This document shows positions 18,440 to 28,709 of a stretch of DNA of 64,000 bases, one piece after another. Where the stretch lies: the NCBI GenBank assembly GCA_963828165.1, contig CAWHDR010000001.1, positions 448,001 to 512,000 on the forward strand, written 5' to 3'. The DNA comes from an uncultured Chloroflexia bacterium (lineage in GTDB: Bacteria > Chloroflexota > Limnocylindria > Limnocylindrales > CSP1-4). Made by a program: the position numbers and the translations under genes. The first letter of the stretch is position 1; each line of letters starts with the position of its first letter. A model generated the notes under the pieces. The model saw only the letters and a program-made list of their open reading frames with translations, did no database searches and had not been told where the DNA came from.

Positions 18440-19609
18440 TCAGGCGCCGCCAGGCGTCACGTCGACCGTGCCTTTCACGAATGACTCGCCTGTCGTGTCG
18501 ACACCAGCAAGGTCTTCGAGCGCAGCTTCGGCGAGGTCGGTGCGGTAGGCCCCGGCCGGCGGAGCCGCAGCGATGATGCCGGCCGCCGTCGCCACGTCGA
18601 CGGTGTGCTGCCACTGCGCCGGATCCATCACCCCGATCCCGTCGGGAGACGGCCAGATCAAGGGATGTACCTCGTTCAGCATCCACGCCTGGTGACCCGC
18701 CCCGAGGGTAGCGCCGGCATCGATCGTGTATTGGACGCAGTCGCCCGGGTTGTCGCGGCAATAGATCCAGCCTTCGAACGACGCCTTCAGGAAGCGCGTC
18801 GCGACATCCTCGTTGCCGGGTCGGGCCAGCCAGTCGGCACGCGCGTACAACGCGTCCTGGAGCATGGCCGAGCCTTCATCGTTCCAGTTGATCACGTTCA
18901 CGTCGGTGGGCTGGTACAGCTCGCCGGTCTCCGGGTTCGTCGCCTCGAGTAGCTGGGCGTACTCGTTGTAGATCATGGCCTCGGCAACGTCGACCTGGCG
19001 CGACAGGAGGAGCGCCATGTCGAAGTCCTGGATGACTTTCGTGTAGTCGGTGTCCTGGACGAGGCCGGCCGCCGCAGCCGCCCCGGCGGTCACCTCGAAC
19101 TCGTTGCCGAAGTCCCAGACGCCCACCTTCTTGCCCTTGAAGTCGGCCGGCGTCGTGATCTTCGAATCCTTCCACGACACCGACAACGTGCCGGAGCGCT
19201 GGAAGATCTGCGCGATGTTGACGAGTTGCGAGCCCGCCTCGCGGGCCTGCAGGACCTTGGGCTGCCAGGCGACCGTGAATTCGGGTCCATCAGCCGCCGA
19301 GCCGATCGTCTGCGGGGCTCGCGCACCGCCACCGGGAAACCACTGCACATCGAGGTTACCGGCGGCGTAGTAGCCCTGCTCGATCGCAGCGAAGTAGCCC
19401 GCGAATTGCGCCTGCGGATACCACTGCAGCTGGAGTCCCACAGGAGTCAGGCCGGGGGCATCGCTCGAAGCCTCTGCGCTTCCCTGGGGAGCGTCACTCG
19501 GCTGGACTGAGGGCGGGACGGATGGCGTCGCGACCACTTCCGGCTCCCCGCCGGAACACGCCGCGACGAGAACGGCGACGCCCGTGATCAGGGCGACGAG
19601 GTTCCGCAC
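18440..19609 (-). CDS. ABC substrate-binding lipoprotein, NMT1/THI5 family
   Basis: Lipobox VAAC; [14 protein letters not shown]; AMIYNE. Confidence 0.9.
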   Translation of the reverse strand: MRNLVALITGVAVLVAACSGGEPEVVATPSVPPSVQPSDAPQGSAEASSDAPGLTPVGLQLQWYPQAQFAGYFAAIEQGYYAAGNLDVQWFPGGGARAPQTIGSAADGPEFTVAWQPKVLQAREAGSQLVNIAQIFQRSGTLSVSWKDSKITTPADFKGKKVGVWDFGNEFEVTAGAAAAAGLVQDTDYTKVIQDFDMALLLSRQVDVAEAMIYNEYAQLLEATNPETGELYQPTDVNVINWNDEGSAMLQDALYARADWLARPGNEDVATRFLKASFEGWIYCRDNPGDCVQYTIDAGATLGAGHQAWMLNEVHPLIWPSPDGIGVMDPAQWQHTVDVATAAGIIAAAPPAGAYRTDLAEAALEDLAGVDTTGESFVKGTVDVTPGGA

Positions 19610-19640
19610 CGGGCGGATGCCGCCTCGAGCGGGCAAGCGT

Positions 19641-19672
19641 GGAGGCCGGCCGCGGGGCTGCGGCCGGCCTCC
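19641..19672. terminator. Strong intergenic hairpin between the two binding-protein genes
   Basis: GGAGGCCGGCCGC-N6-GCGGCCGGCCTCC, 13-bp perfect stem. Confidence 0.55.
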
Positions 19673-19698
19673 GGTTTGCGCGCGGATGGAGGACAGTC

Positions 19699-20799
19699 CT
19701 ACTGCCCGCCCTCGGTGAGGGTGACGGTGGCTTTCTGGAAGGAGGTGCCCTTCGTGTCGGCATCGCCGAGCGCCGCGAGCGCCTTCTCGGCGAGGTCGTT
19801 GCGCCACGGCGTACCAACGACCGGCTTTGTCAGGATCTTGCCGTCGAGCGCCACCTGGACCGTCCGGTCGAACGCGGCCGCATCGGTGATCCCGATGCCG
19901 TTGGGCGCTGGCCAGATGATCCCATTGACCTCGTTGAGCTGCCAGGTCTGGTGACCCTTGGGCAGCGCGGCATCGGACTTGAGGACGATGTCGACGCACT
20001 CCGCGGCGTTGTCACGGCAGAAGATCCAGCCGCGGAACGACGCCTTGAGGAATTTCACCGCGACGTCCTCGTTGCCGGGCTTGGCCAGCCATGCCTCGGA
20101 CGCGAAGATCGCGTCCTGGAGCATCGAGGTCCCGTATTCCTCCCACGAGATGACGTTGAGATCCTCGGCCTTGTAGAGCTCGCCCGTGGCGGGGTTCTTC
20201 TTCTCGAGGACCTGCGCGTACTCGTTGTAGATCATCGCCTGCGCCGCGTCGATCTCGCCAGCCACGAAGGCCTCCATATCGAACTGCTGGGCGGTGACCT
20301 GGACATCATCGGGATTGTCCGGATCGAGTCCGGCCTTGCGCAGGCCGGCGTACAGCTCCGCTTCGTTGCCGAAGCCCCACGCGCCGACCTTCTTGCCCTT
20401 CAGGTCCTCGGGCTTCGTGATGTTCTTGTCCTTGAACGAGACCTGCAGGGTCGGCGAGCGCTGGAACACCTGGGCGATGACGACGCCGTCGGCGCCGGAC
20501 TCGCGCGGGGCGAGCATGCGCGGGACCCAGCTGATGCCGAACTCCGCCTGGCCGCCGGCCACGACCGTCGCAGGGACGATCTCGACGGCACCCGGGATGA
20601 TCGTGACGTCGAAGCCCTCTTCCCGGTAGTAGCCCTTGTCGAGCGCCGCAAAGTAGCCAGCGAACTGCGCCTGCGGGAACCACTGGAGCTGGAGCCGGAT
20701 GGGCGTCAGCGCGACGGATGCGCCGGGAGCGGCCGAGCAGGCCGCTGCGAGCGCCATCACCGCGACCACGAGCAACGCGACGGTACGTCGAGTTCGCAT
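19699..20799 (-). CDS. ABC substrate-binding lipoprotein, NMT1/THI5 family (paralogue)
   Basis: Lipobox AAAC; [14 protein letters not shown]; AMIYNE. Confidence 0.9.
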   Translation of the reverse strand: MRTRRTVALLVVAVMALAAACSAAPGASVALTPIRLQLQWFPQAQFAGYFAALDKGYYREEGFDVTIIPGAVEIVPATVVAGGQAEFGISWVPRMLAPRESGADGVVIAQVFQRSPTLQVSFKDKNITKPEDLKGKKVGAWGFGNEAELYAGLRKAGLDPDNPDDVQVTAQQFDMEAFVAGEIDAAQAMIYNEYAQVLEKKNPATGELYKAEDLNVISWEEYGTSMLQDAIFASEAWLAKPGNEDVAVKFLKASFRGWIFCRDNAAECVDIVLKSDAALPKGHQTWQLNEVNGIIWPAPNGIGITDAAAFDRTVQVALDGKILTKPVVGTPWRNDLAEKALAALGDADTKGTSFQKATVTLTEGGQ

Positions 20800-20899
20800 C
20801 TGGATACCTCTCATTCGTCGGACCGCGGCGGGGAGCCGGTCCGCCTCCTCCGGTTGCAGTCTAGCGAACGACGGCCAGCCCATGACGTGCGCTCGACGG

Positions 20900-21727
20900 T
20901 CAGCTCCAGGCAGCTCGCCGGTCATGCCACGGCATGACGATCCGCTCGGCCACGACGACCACGAGGTACAGCCCGATGCCGATCGCGCACGCGAACACGA
21001 TCGCGGCCCAGGACCGCTCGAAATTGAGGAACGCGGAGTACGTGGCGATGTACTGGCCCAGGCTCGCCCGTGGCGCCGCGAAGTACTCCCCGACCACCGC
21101 GCCGATCGTGGCCAATGTGACGGCCAGGCGTAGCGCGGTGAAGATGTAGGGCAACGCGTTGGGGACACGCAGCTTGCGGAAGACGCCCGCCTCGGTCGTT
21201 GCATACGAACGCAGCAGCTCCAGCGAACGGGGATCCACCGTCGTGAGGCCGCGGACGGTGTTGATCATCACCGGGAAGAAGCACAGGGCCGCGGCGACCA
21301 TCGCCTTCGAAAGCTGCTGGTCGAGCCCGAACCAGTTATTGAACAGCGGCGCGAACGCCAGGATCGGGACCGAGCTCGCCGCGACCGCGAACGGCATCAG
21401 CGAGTCTTGCATCGACCGGTAGCGCGCGGTGATCACGCCGACGAGGATGCCGGCTCCGGCGCCGATGAAGAGGCCGGCGACGATCTCGACGGCCGTGTAG
21501 CGCGCTGCCGCCAGAAGCTCCGGCAGGTACGTCTGCCACGCCACCGCGATCGCGATCGGACTCGGCAGGATGAACTGCTTGATGCCGAAGGCCCGGACCA
21601 GGACCTCCCACGCGACAAGACCGCCGATCAGCAGGAGGACCGGCGGCGCCCAGTCGCGGGCCCGGTCGCCGATCCGTTGGCCCCGGGTGCGCGTGACGCC
21701 GTCCGGGATGCCAGTCGCGGCACTCAA
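20900..21727 (-). CDS. ABC permease (TauC/NitT type)
   Basis: FFPVMINTVRGL..KLRVPNALPY..GAVVGE. Confidence 0.92.
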   Translation of the reverse strand: MSAATGIPDGVTRTRGQRIGDRARDWAPPVLLLIGGLVAWEVLVRAFGIKQFILPSPIAIAVAWQTYLPELLAAARYTAVEIVAGLFIGAGAGILVGVITARYRSMQDSLMPFAVAASSVPILAFAPLFNNWFGLDQQLSKAMVAAALCFFPVMINTVRGLTTVDPRSLELLRSYATTEAGVFRKLRVPNALPYIFTALRLAVTLATIGAVVGEYFAAPRASLGQYIATYSAFLNFERSWAAIVFACAIGIGLYLVVVVAERIVMPWHDRRAAWS

Positions 21728-22617
21728 CCGGACAACCCCTCGGCCGCAACGCGTCGGGCCGCGGCGTCCGGGCCCTCCCCGTCTGTCTCCGTCGCGGCGC
21801 CATCTCGACGCTCGTCGCCACGAAGCGCTTCGCGGACCTCGGTCACGAGGCGGAAATAGGCGTCCATCTCGCGCGTGTCCACGGTCCGCTCGCGCGGCAG
21901 GTCGATATCGATGACCGCGCTGATCCGTCCCGGCCGCGGTGACATCACGACGACTTTGGTCGAGAGGAACACGGCCTCGGCAATGGAGTGCGTCACGAAC
22001 ATGACGGTCGTGTTGGTGCCCTCCCAGATCTTGAGGAGCTCGAGGTTCATCCGTTCACGCGTCATCTCGTCCAGGGCGCCGAACGGCTCGTCCATCAGCA
22101 GGATCGCCGGGTCGACGGCGAGCGCACGAGCGATGGCGACCCGTTGCTGCATGCCACCCGACAGTTGCCACGGGTAATGGCCGGCAAAGTCGGTCAGCTC
22201 GACCAGTCGCAGGTTGTCCTCGGCCCGCCGGGTCCGTTCCGCCTTGGGCGTCCCGTTGATCTCCAGGGGCAGCTCGACGTTGGCCTGGACCGTCCGCCAA
22301 TCGAACAGGACGGGTGCCTGGAAGACCATGCCGTAGTCGCGATCCAGACGAGCCTGCGGGGCCGCCTTTCCGTTGACGGTCACCGTCCCGGACGTCGGCG
22401 AGGTGAGATCGCCGACGATCCGCAGCAGGGTGGACTTGCCGCAGCCGGACGGGCCGATCAGCGAGACGAATTCGCCGGCCGTGACCGAGAGGTCGATGTC
22501 GATCAGCGCCTCGACCCGTCCGGCGCCCTGGCCCCGGGCATCGAAGACCTTGGAGACGCCCGAGATCTCGACGACCTTGCGCCCGCCGTCGGCGGCCCGA
22601 CCCGGATCCGTCGTCAC
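21724..22617 (-). CDS. ABC ATP-binding protein
   Basis: GPSGCGKST, LSGGMQQR, LLMDEPF, VTH. Confidence 0.95.
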   Translation of the reverse strand: MTTDPGRAADGGRKVVEISGVSKVFDARGQGAGRVEALIDIDLSVTAGEFVSLIGPSGCGKSTLLRIVGDLTSPTSGTVTVNGKAAPQARLDRDYGMVFQAPVLFDWRTVQANVELPLEINGTPKAERTRRAEDNLRLVELTDFAGHYPWQLSGGMQQRVAIARALAVDPAILLMDEPFGALDEMTRERMNLELLKIWEGTNTTVMFVTHSIAEAVFLSTKVVVMSPRPGRISAVIDIDLPRERTVDTREMDAYFRLVTEVREALRGDERRDGAATETDGEGPDAAARRVAAEGLSG

Positions 22618-23540
22618 GCGGCCGCCCCATCCGGACGTCGCTCGTGGCGAAGGACGAACCCTTCGACGACCGCGACCAGCAGGTAGACCCCGATCCCGAG
22701 GAGCGACGAGATCACGATCGTGGCCCACAGGTATTCCGCGTTCAACGAGTAGTACTGCATGCCCGTGATGATCTGGCGCGCCAGGCCGTCCTGGATGAGC
22801 GAGGGCAGCTCCCCGACGATGGCGCCGACGACCGCGGCCGGGCCTGCGATGCGGAAACCCGTGAACAGGTATGGACGAGCGGCCGGGAGGCGCAGCTTGC
22901 GCAGGATGGCGCCCCGCGACGCGGCGTACGAGCGCATGAGCTCGAGGGCGCGCGGGTCGTAGGCTCGCAGGCCACGCAACGCCGCGATCGTCACCGGGAA
23001 GAACGTCAGGTACGTGGACACGATCGCGACCCCGAACCAGTCGGCCTTGAGCCCGATCACGATGAGCGGGGCGATGGCGATGATCGGGATGGTCTGGCTC
23101 GCGACGATGAGCGGCACCAGCGCGCGTTCGAGGATCCGGACGTGGATGAGGACGATGGCGAGCCCCAGTCCGAAGGCCGACCCGAGCGCGAACCCGATCG
23201 CCGCATTCCGCAGCGTGAACAGCGCCGCACCGAAGAGCCGTTCGAAGGTCGTGGCGCCGGCCGCGTCGGGCGAGAAGAATTCCATCGCGATGTCCCAGGT
23301 GTGCGGCAGCTTGGAGTCGGTCGCGAAGCCCAGGGTCAGCGGCGGGTGGTAGTCGAGTGGGATCCCGGTCCACAGGAACGAGTCATATCGCCACGGGTCG
23401 CCCCCGATGAATTTCGCCACCTCCCAGGCGATCAGGAGGAGGACGAAGACCGTGAGGAAGCCGAGCAGCGGCCGGAAACGTCGGCGGGTAGGCAGGGAGA
23501 TGGGCCGCGCAACCTCGAGGATCGGCGACGTGACCGCCAT
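22614..23540 (-). CDS. ABC permease (TauC/NitT type)
   Basis: SQTIPIIAIAP..FFPVTI..LRLPAARPY..GAIVGE. Confidence 0.92.
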   Translation of the reverse strand: MAVTSPILEVARPISLPTRRRFRPLLGFLTVFVLLLIAWEVAKFIGGDPWRYDSFLWTGIPLDYHPPLTLGFATDSKLPHTWDIAMEFFSPDAAGATTFERLFGAALFTLRNAAIGFALGSAFGLGLAIVLIHVRILERALVPLIVASQTIPIIAIAPLIVIGLKADWFGVAIVSTYLTFFPVTIAALRGLRAYDPRALELMRSYAASRGAILRKLRLPAARPYLFTGFRIAGPAAVVGAIVGELPSLIQDGLARQIITGMQYYSLNAEYLWATIVISSLLGIGVYLLVAVVEGFVLRHERRPDGAAA

Positions 23541-23576
23541 CAGGACGAGCGCGGCCGGGCGGTGGCCAGCACGAGC

Positions 23577-24914
23577 CTAGTCCGTGACCGCGGCGTCGGC
23601 GATGTCGAGTGCAGCGTCGATGATCTCGAAGCCAGCGGCGAGCTCGTCCTCGTTGATGCACAGCGGCGGGTTCGTATGGATCGAGTTGTTGGCCAGCATC
23701 GTGTACAGCCCGTGGTCGCGGAAGTACTTGCCGATCGCCTTCATCTCGTCGGACGTGCCGTTGAACGCCGTCAGTGGCGTCCACGGGTCGCGCGTCCGGA
23801 CGAGGTCCAGGATGCCGAACAACCCGAGGCTCCGGTGTGCCCCCACCGACGGGTGCTTCGCAGCCAGGCGCTCGTGGTGCTCCCGCATCCGCGCCCCGAG
23901 CCGCGCCGCGTTGTCGAGGAGCCCGTCCTCCTCGTACACGCGGATCGTGGCGAGCGCCGCGGCCAGCGAGACCGGGTGCGACGAGTAGGTCAGCCCGCCG
24001 TAGAACATCTTCTGATCGAAGTACTCGGCGACGTGCTGGCGCATCGCGACGCCGCCGAGCGGCAGATACGACGACGTGAGGCCCTTGGCCATCGTCATCA
24101 GGTCCGGGACGACGTCCCAGTGGTCCACCGCGAACCAGCGGCCGGTGCGCCCGAAGCCCGCCATCACCTCGTCGCAGACCATCAGGATGTCGTTGCGGTC
24201 GCAGATCTCGCGCACGCCCCGGAGGTAGCCGTCGGGCGGGATGAGGATGCCGTTCGTCCCCACGATCGTCTCGAGGAAGACCGCCGCGATCGTGTGGGCT
24301 CCCTCGTAGCGGATGACGTCTTCCAGGCCCTGGAGCGACTCCGCCACGGGACGGGGTTCTGCCTCTCCCCAGCGATGGGTGTCCGGGTAGCGCACGATGC
24401 CGACCAGCCCTGGCTCGTTGGCGAGGCGACGCGGGTCGCCACTCAGGGTCATCGCGCCCATCGTGGCGCCGTGGTACGAGCGGTAGCGGGCGAGCAGCTT
24501 GTGCCGGCCCGTGTAGTGCCGCGCGAGCTTGATCGCGTTCTCGATCGCTTCGGCGCCGCCGAGCGTGAAGAAGACCTTGTCGATGTCGCCTGGCAGGATC
24601 TCAGCGAGCTTCGCGCCGAGGCGCGCCCGGATCTCGGTCGCGAACGCTGGCTGGACGTACTGCAGCTTCGTGGCCTGCTCGGTGATGGCATCGATCACCC
24701 GCCGGTCGCCGTGGCCGATGTTCACGGACATCAGCTGGCTGTTGAAGTCGAGGATCTTCCGGCCTTCGGGGGTGTACAGCCACACGCCCTCGGCGCGATC
24801 GATGGCGATGGGGTCGATGGCGCCCTGCACCGACCACGAGAAGAACGTGTGCTCGCGGTTGAGGGCGACGATCTCGTCGGTGGTCAGTGCCTCTTCGGCC
24901 GTACCGATACCCAT
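23577..24914 (-). CDS. Class-III PLP aminotransferase (probably beta-alanine transaminase)
   Basis: YHGAT, DEVMAGFGRTG, MAKGLT; pyrimidine-cluster context. Confidence 0.9.
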   Translation of the reverse strand: MGIGTAEEALTTDEIVALNREHTFFSWSVQGAIDPIAIDRAEGVWLYTPEGRKILDFNSQLMSVNIGHGDRRVIDAITEQATKLQYVQPAFATEIRARLGAKLAEILPGDIDKVFFTLGGAEAIENAIKLARHYTGRHKLLARYRSYHGATMGAMTLSGDPRRLANEPGLVGIVRYPDTHRWGEAEPRPVAESLQGLEDVIRYEGAHTIAAVFLETIVGTNGILIPPDGYLRGVREICDRNDILMVCDEVMAGFGRTGRWFAVDHWDVVPDLMTMAKGLTSSYLPLGGVAMRQHVAEYFDQKMFYGGLTYSSHPVSLAAALATIRVYEEDGLLDNAARLGARMREHHERLAAKHPSVGAHRSLGLFGILDLVRTRDPWTPLTAFNGTSDEMKAIGKYFRDHGLYTMLANNSIHTNPPLCINEDELAAGFEIIDAALDIADAAVTD

Positions 24915-25103
24915 GCGACCTCCTCCTCGCGCGACGCCCCACCCGTCGAACCCTTTGCTCGCGCGACACGCCGTCCGAACGCTGGCGCCGATTACAGCAC
25001 ATCTGACCGCCGAAGCGAGCACGTCGGCCCACGCCGGCCCCATTTGGCCCGGCGCGAGCACGATCAGTCCTGCCGATGCTACCCGGGCCCCCGGTTCGGG
25101 TTG

Positions 25104-26207
25104 TCAGCCGGCAAGGATCCGCTCGCGCAGCCGCTCGATGCTCGCCGTCGCCTCGATCGCCATCGCGTCGCGCACCCGGAGATCGATCGGAACCGGTGGG
25201 CGCGTCACGCGATCCGGAAGGCTCGGGTCGTCGAATGCGCAGACGAGGTCGGGGCGGCCGAGCCGGCGGAGGAGATTCCGGTTCTTGTCGGTCGTGCTCA
25301 TCGACACGGACGGGATCCCATAGCTGACCGCCACGACCGTGCCATGGAACTTGTGGCTGACCAGCATCGTGCACTCGCCGATGGCCCGCGTCAGCACGTC
25401 GAGGTCGTCCGACGCGACCCGCTCGACGTCGGCAAGGCCGAGCTCGTCGAGCGCTCGCTCGTCACGGGCGCGCACGTCCCCCGTCGAGAGCACGATCGTG
25501 CGCAGACGGTAGCCGAGCTCGCGGCCCCGCGCCGCCAGCGCGCGGACCGCCGTGTAGTCGTCACCGCCGTCGCGCCAGCGGACGATGATCCCGAGAACGG
25601 GTGGATCGGTCGGCCGTTCGACGGACGGCAACAACATGGCGAACACGAGGTCCGCCGACGACTCGACCTCGACCCGCGGCCGGAGATGCTCGCGGATCCA
25701 GGTCGCGCTCTCGTCGTCTCGGGCCGTGATCGAGCGGATGTTCCGGTGTCGCAGGAAATCACCCAGCGCCTCGACGACCTTGGGCTTCGCCGGACGCCAG
25801 GTGGGTACCCCGACACCGATCACGTGGACCGGCCGGCGCAGGTAGTCGGTGAGCCAGTAGCGGTCGCTCGGAGCCCACGGGATGACCAGGTCTCCGCCGC
25901 CGATGACGATCGCGTCGTACTCGCGGACGACATCACGGACGGGTCGCTCGAAATACGGCCGGGTCGGCGATTCGAAGACGACCCCGACATCGGCGACGTC
26001 GCCGAGGTGCCGGCGGAAGACGTCCAGGAACAGCTCGTCGCCGTAGTTCCCCGGACCGTAGAACCCGACCAGGCCGACACGCGGTCGCGTCCCCGGCCGC
26101 GCGGGTTGCCGAGCGGGCTCCGGCGGCCAGCCAACGAGCGCGAGGTCGGGCGCGATCCGGTGCGCCGCACGCCCGGCGACGCGGCGGACTCGAGTGGGGA
26201 TGCGCAC
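25104..26207 (-). CDS. Polysaccharide pyruvyl transferase family protein
   Basis: GFYGPGNYGDE, IGGGDL, TARDDES, KFHG. Confidence 0.85.
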   Translation of the reverse strand: MRIPTRVRRVAGRAAHRIAPDLALVGWPPEPARQPARPGTRPRVGLVGFYGPGNYGDELFLDVFRRHLGDVADVGVVFESPTRPYFERPVRDVVREYDAIVIGGGDLVIPWAPSDRYWLTDYLRRPVHVIGVGVPTWRPAKPKVVEALGDFLRHRNIRSITARDDESATWIREHLRPRVEVESSADLVFAMLLPSVERPTDPPVLGIIVRWRDGGDDYTAVRALAARGRELGYRLRTIVLSTGDVRARDERALDELGLADVERVASDDLDVLTRAIGECTMLVSHKFHGTVVAVSYGIPSVSMSTTDKNRNLLRRLGRPDLVCAFDDPSLPDRVTRPPVPIDLRVRDAMAIEATASIERLRERILAG

Positions 26208-26277
26208 CCCGGCATCATGCCAGTTCGGTCCGCGGTGCTACCGTTTTCCGGCACGACGACCGAATCGGGAGGCTTCC

Positions 26278-26685
26278 ATGGACCGCGCCGGCTTCCGCGA
26301 CTGGCTGCAGCGGTACGTCGATGCGTGGCGGCTCAACGATCCCGTCGCGATCGGCGACCTGTTCAGCGCGGATGTCCGCTACGCCTTCGACCCCTTCGGC
26401 GAGGCCGTCGCGGGGCGCTCGGCCGTGGTCGCCTCCTGGTTGGACGACCCGGACGAGCCGGGGTCGTGGCAGGCCGACTACGAGGTTCTCGCGGTCGATG
26501 GCGACGTGTTCGTCGCCCACGGCCGGACCCGATACCTGACGGACGATCGGCGCGAAGTCGACCGGGAGTTCGCGAACGTGTTCGTGTGCCGGTTCGACGC
26601 CGAGGGTCGTTGCCACGAGTTCACCGAGTACTACAACCGGCGCCGCCCCGAGGCGCCCGCCGACGAGCCGCCGTCCGCCGGCTGA
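26278..26685 (+). CDS. NTF2/SnoaL-like protein (paralogue of 7514-7930)
   Basis: WLQRYVDAW..FDAEGRCHEFTEY; GGAGG SD. Confidence 0.85.
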   Translation: MDRAGFRDWLQRYVDAWRLNDPVAIGDLFSADVRYAFDPFGEAVAGRSAVVASWLDDPDEPGSWQADYEVLAVDGDVFVAHGRTRYLTDDRREVDREFANVFVCRFDAEGRCHEFTEYYNRRRPEAPADEPPSAG

Positions 26686-26779
26686 TACCGCCGTCGGGAT
26701 CGGTTAGCTCGAGCGCCGCTCAGCCGGCACCTCACCGTCGATCTTAGATTTCGAAGCTTTCGGCAGCAACGGCCGGCGG

Positions 26780-27769
26780 TCAGGTCGCTTCCGGCGCCAC
26801 CTTCAACGGTCGTGGCGACACCACGCGGAGCGCCCCATGCAGGGTGCGGAAGGTGACGGGCGTCGTGCCAAGGTCGGTCCCGTCGGCGCGCGCCGGGAGC
26901 GGGTGGGCGCTCGAGATCCGCACCGACGCGGATCGGTAGGTGGAGATGTGCGGCGCGTAGCGTCGGCGCCCGAAGGCGATCGACAGCAGGTGCCGCACCA
27001 GTTCCCACTTGGAAAATCCGCGGAAGACCTGTACGTCGAAACGGCCGTCGTCGAGGCGCGCGTCCGGCGCGACGGTCATCCCGGCTCCCGTGTACGGCCC
27101 GATCGAGATGGTCACCATGAGCGCCCGCGTCCGAGCGGTCCCCTCGTCGAGCTCGAGGAGCATCCGCGCCGGACGGTAGCGGAGCGCCACCCAGATCGTG
27201 CGGACGATCGACGCCCAGTCACCGTCGTCGAAGCGTTGTGCCTCACGGAAGATCGCGGCATTCATGCCCACGGAGCCTGCCTCGAGGAATCGCACGCGGC
27301 GGCCGTCGGCGGCCTCCGTCTCGCCCACGTCGATCAGCGAGATCCCCGTGCCGGCGATCAACGCCGCGGCAGCCTCGAGATCCCGCGGGATGTCGAGCGC
27401 CCGGGCGACGTTCATCACGCTGCCCAAGGGCAGGATCGCGAGCGCCGCCGGGCTGTCGAGCAGGCCTTCCGCGACGAGGCCGACCGTGCCATCACCCCCG
27501 GCCGCCACCACGACGTCGACGCCGTCCGCGACGGCGGCTCGGACCGCGGCGCGCGTCGCAACCTCGTCGGGCGGCTCCACGACGTCCTGCCCGAGACCGT
27601 GCCGTTCGGCAAGCGAACACAGCTCGTCCGACGTGCAGCTGTTCGTCGAGATGCCGCCCTTCGACCCCGCGTTCGGGTTGCGGATGATGCGGTAGCGCCG
27701 CGCGTCATCGGGTGCTCTGATTTCCCGGGTCGCGGATCTCACGCGAGCATCCGCCGCGGCTTTCGTCAC
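26780..27769 (-). CDS. Diacylglycerol/lipid kinase family (YegS-like)
   Basis: NPNAG, AAGGDGT, LPLGSVMNVAR, DDGRFD, ADG. Confidence 0.9.
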   Translation of the reverse strand: MTKAAADARVRSATREIRAPDDARRYRIIRNPNAGSKGGISTNSCTSDELCSLAERHGLGQDVVEPPDEVATRAAVRAAVADGVDVVVAAGGDGTVGLVAEGLLDSPAALAILPLGSVMNVARALDIPRDLEAAAALIAGTGISLIDVGETEAADGRRVRFLEAGSVGMNAAIFREAQRFDDGDWASIVRTIWVALRYRPARMLLELDEGTARTRALMVTISIGPYTGAGMTVAPDARLDDGRFDVQVFRGFSKWELVRHLLSIAFGRRRYAPHISTYRSASVRISSAHPLPARADGTDLGTTPVTFRTLHGALRVVSPRPLKVAPEAT

Positions 27770-28551
27770 GGCCGCACACCGGCGCGCGCGGCCTTGACCC
27801 GCCGGTACAGGCCGGTCAGGCCGATGAGATACGCGATCCCCAGGAGGTAGGACGCGGTCACGTCCGTGAACCAGTGGTGGCCCTGGTGGATGCGGCTCGG
27901 ACCGACGAACGCGATCAGCGCAACGAGCGGGGCGATCACGATCGCCCGCCAGGTCGTCGGTCGCAGCAGCGTCGCGACGAGATAGGCGAGGAAGCCGTAC
28001 ACCCCGACGTACGTGATGGTGTGGCCGCTCGGGAAGCTCGACCCGCCCAGCGGCGCGGTCACCACCCGCAGGTCCACACCGGCCACGGGGCGTGGCCTCC
28101 GCATGACGACCTTCACGGCGCTGGCCACGAGGGCCGTGCCCCACGCCCCCAGCATGAACAACGCCTCGAGCGGGAGGCGCGCAAGGAGCAGGCTGGCGGC
28201 GATGAGGGCGGGGATGATCCGACTCTGGGGCGGGAAGCCCGGCCACGACGACGCACGCATGACCTTCTGGAGGATCGGATGGTCGCGCTGCTGGAGCTTG
28301 AGCGTGACGGCCAGGTCCACGGCGTCGCTTCGCCGTGCGCGGACCAGGCCGAAGATCGCCCCGAAACCCGCGAGCGCGATCCACGAGGCGAGCCGAGCGG
28401 TCCGGCCGCGACGGACGGCGAGCCGTGGTGAGACCACGGCGTCGGGCGGCGGCGGCAGGGTCGGCAAGCCCGTCGGCACGCCGCGCGGCAGGACGCCGGA
28501 CAAGCCCGTCGGCACGCCGCGCGGCAGGACGCCGGTCGGACGCTGGGTCAT
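27766..28551 (-). CDS. PAP2 phosphatase
   Basis: KVVMRRPRP, SFPSGH, SRIHQGHHWFTD. Confidence 0.9.
   Translation of the reverse strand: MTQRPTGVLPRGVPTGLSGVLPRGVPTGLPTLPPPPDAVVSPRLAVRRGRTARLASWIALAGFGAIFGLVRARRSDAVDLAVTLKLQQRDHPILQKVMRASSWPGFPPQSRIIPALIAASLLLARLPLEALFMLGAWGTALVASAVKVVMRRPRPVAGVDLRVVTAPLGGSSFPSGHTITYVGVYGFLAYLVATLLRPTTWRAIVIAPLVALIAFVGPSRIHQGHHWFTDVTASYLLGIAYLIGLTGLYRRVKAARAGVRP
28465..28535. repeat. 36-bp tandem duplication in the PAP2 5' region
   Basis: CAAGCCCGTCGGCACGCCGCGCGGCAGGACGCCGG at 28465 and 28501. Confidence 0.9.
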
Positions 28552-28709
28552 GTGCACGCCGGCCAGCATGCGTGGTGGCACATGCGGCGCTGGTCGCGGC
28601 CGGCGTGGCGGGCCGTGGCAGCCACGTTGCAACTCGCCAGACGTTGCACCGAGCGCGGTGTACGCTCTCCCCCTTCTCACCGACTCGCACTCGCTCGAGG
28701 GGAGGACCG

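Noticed and set aside
22644-26747. 1367-aa plus-strand ORF, and similar long ORFs at 7987-10092, 28677-31313 and 41201-43471
   Set aside because: Antisense shadows of well-supported genes in high-GC DNA; Arg/Gly-rich with no motifs
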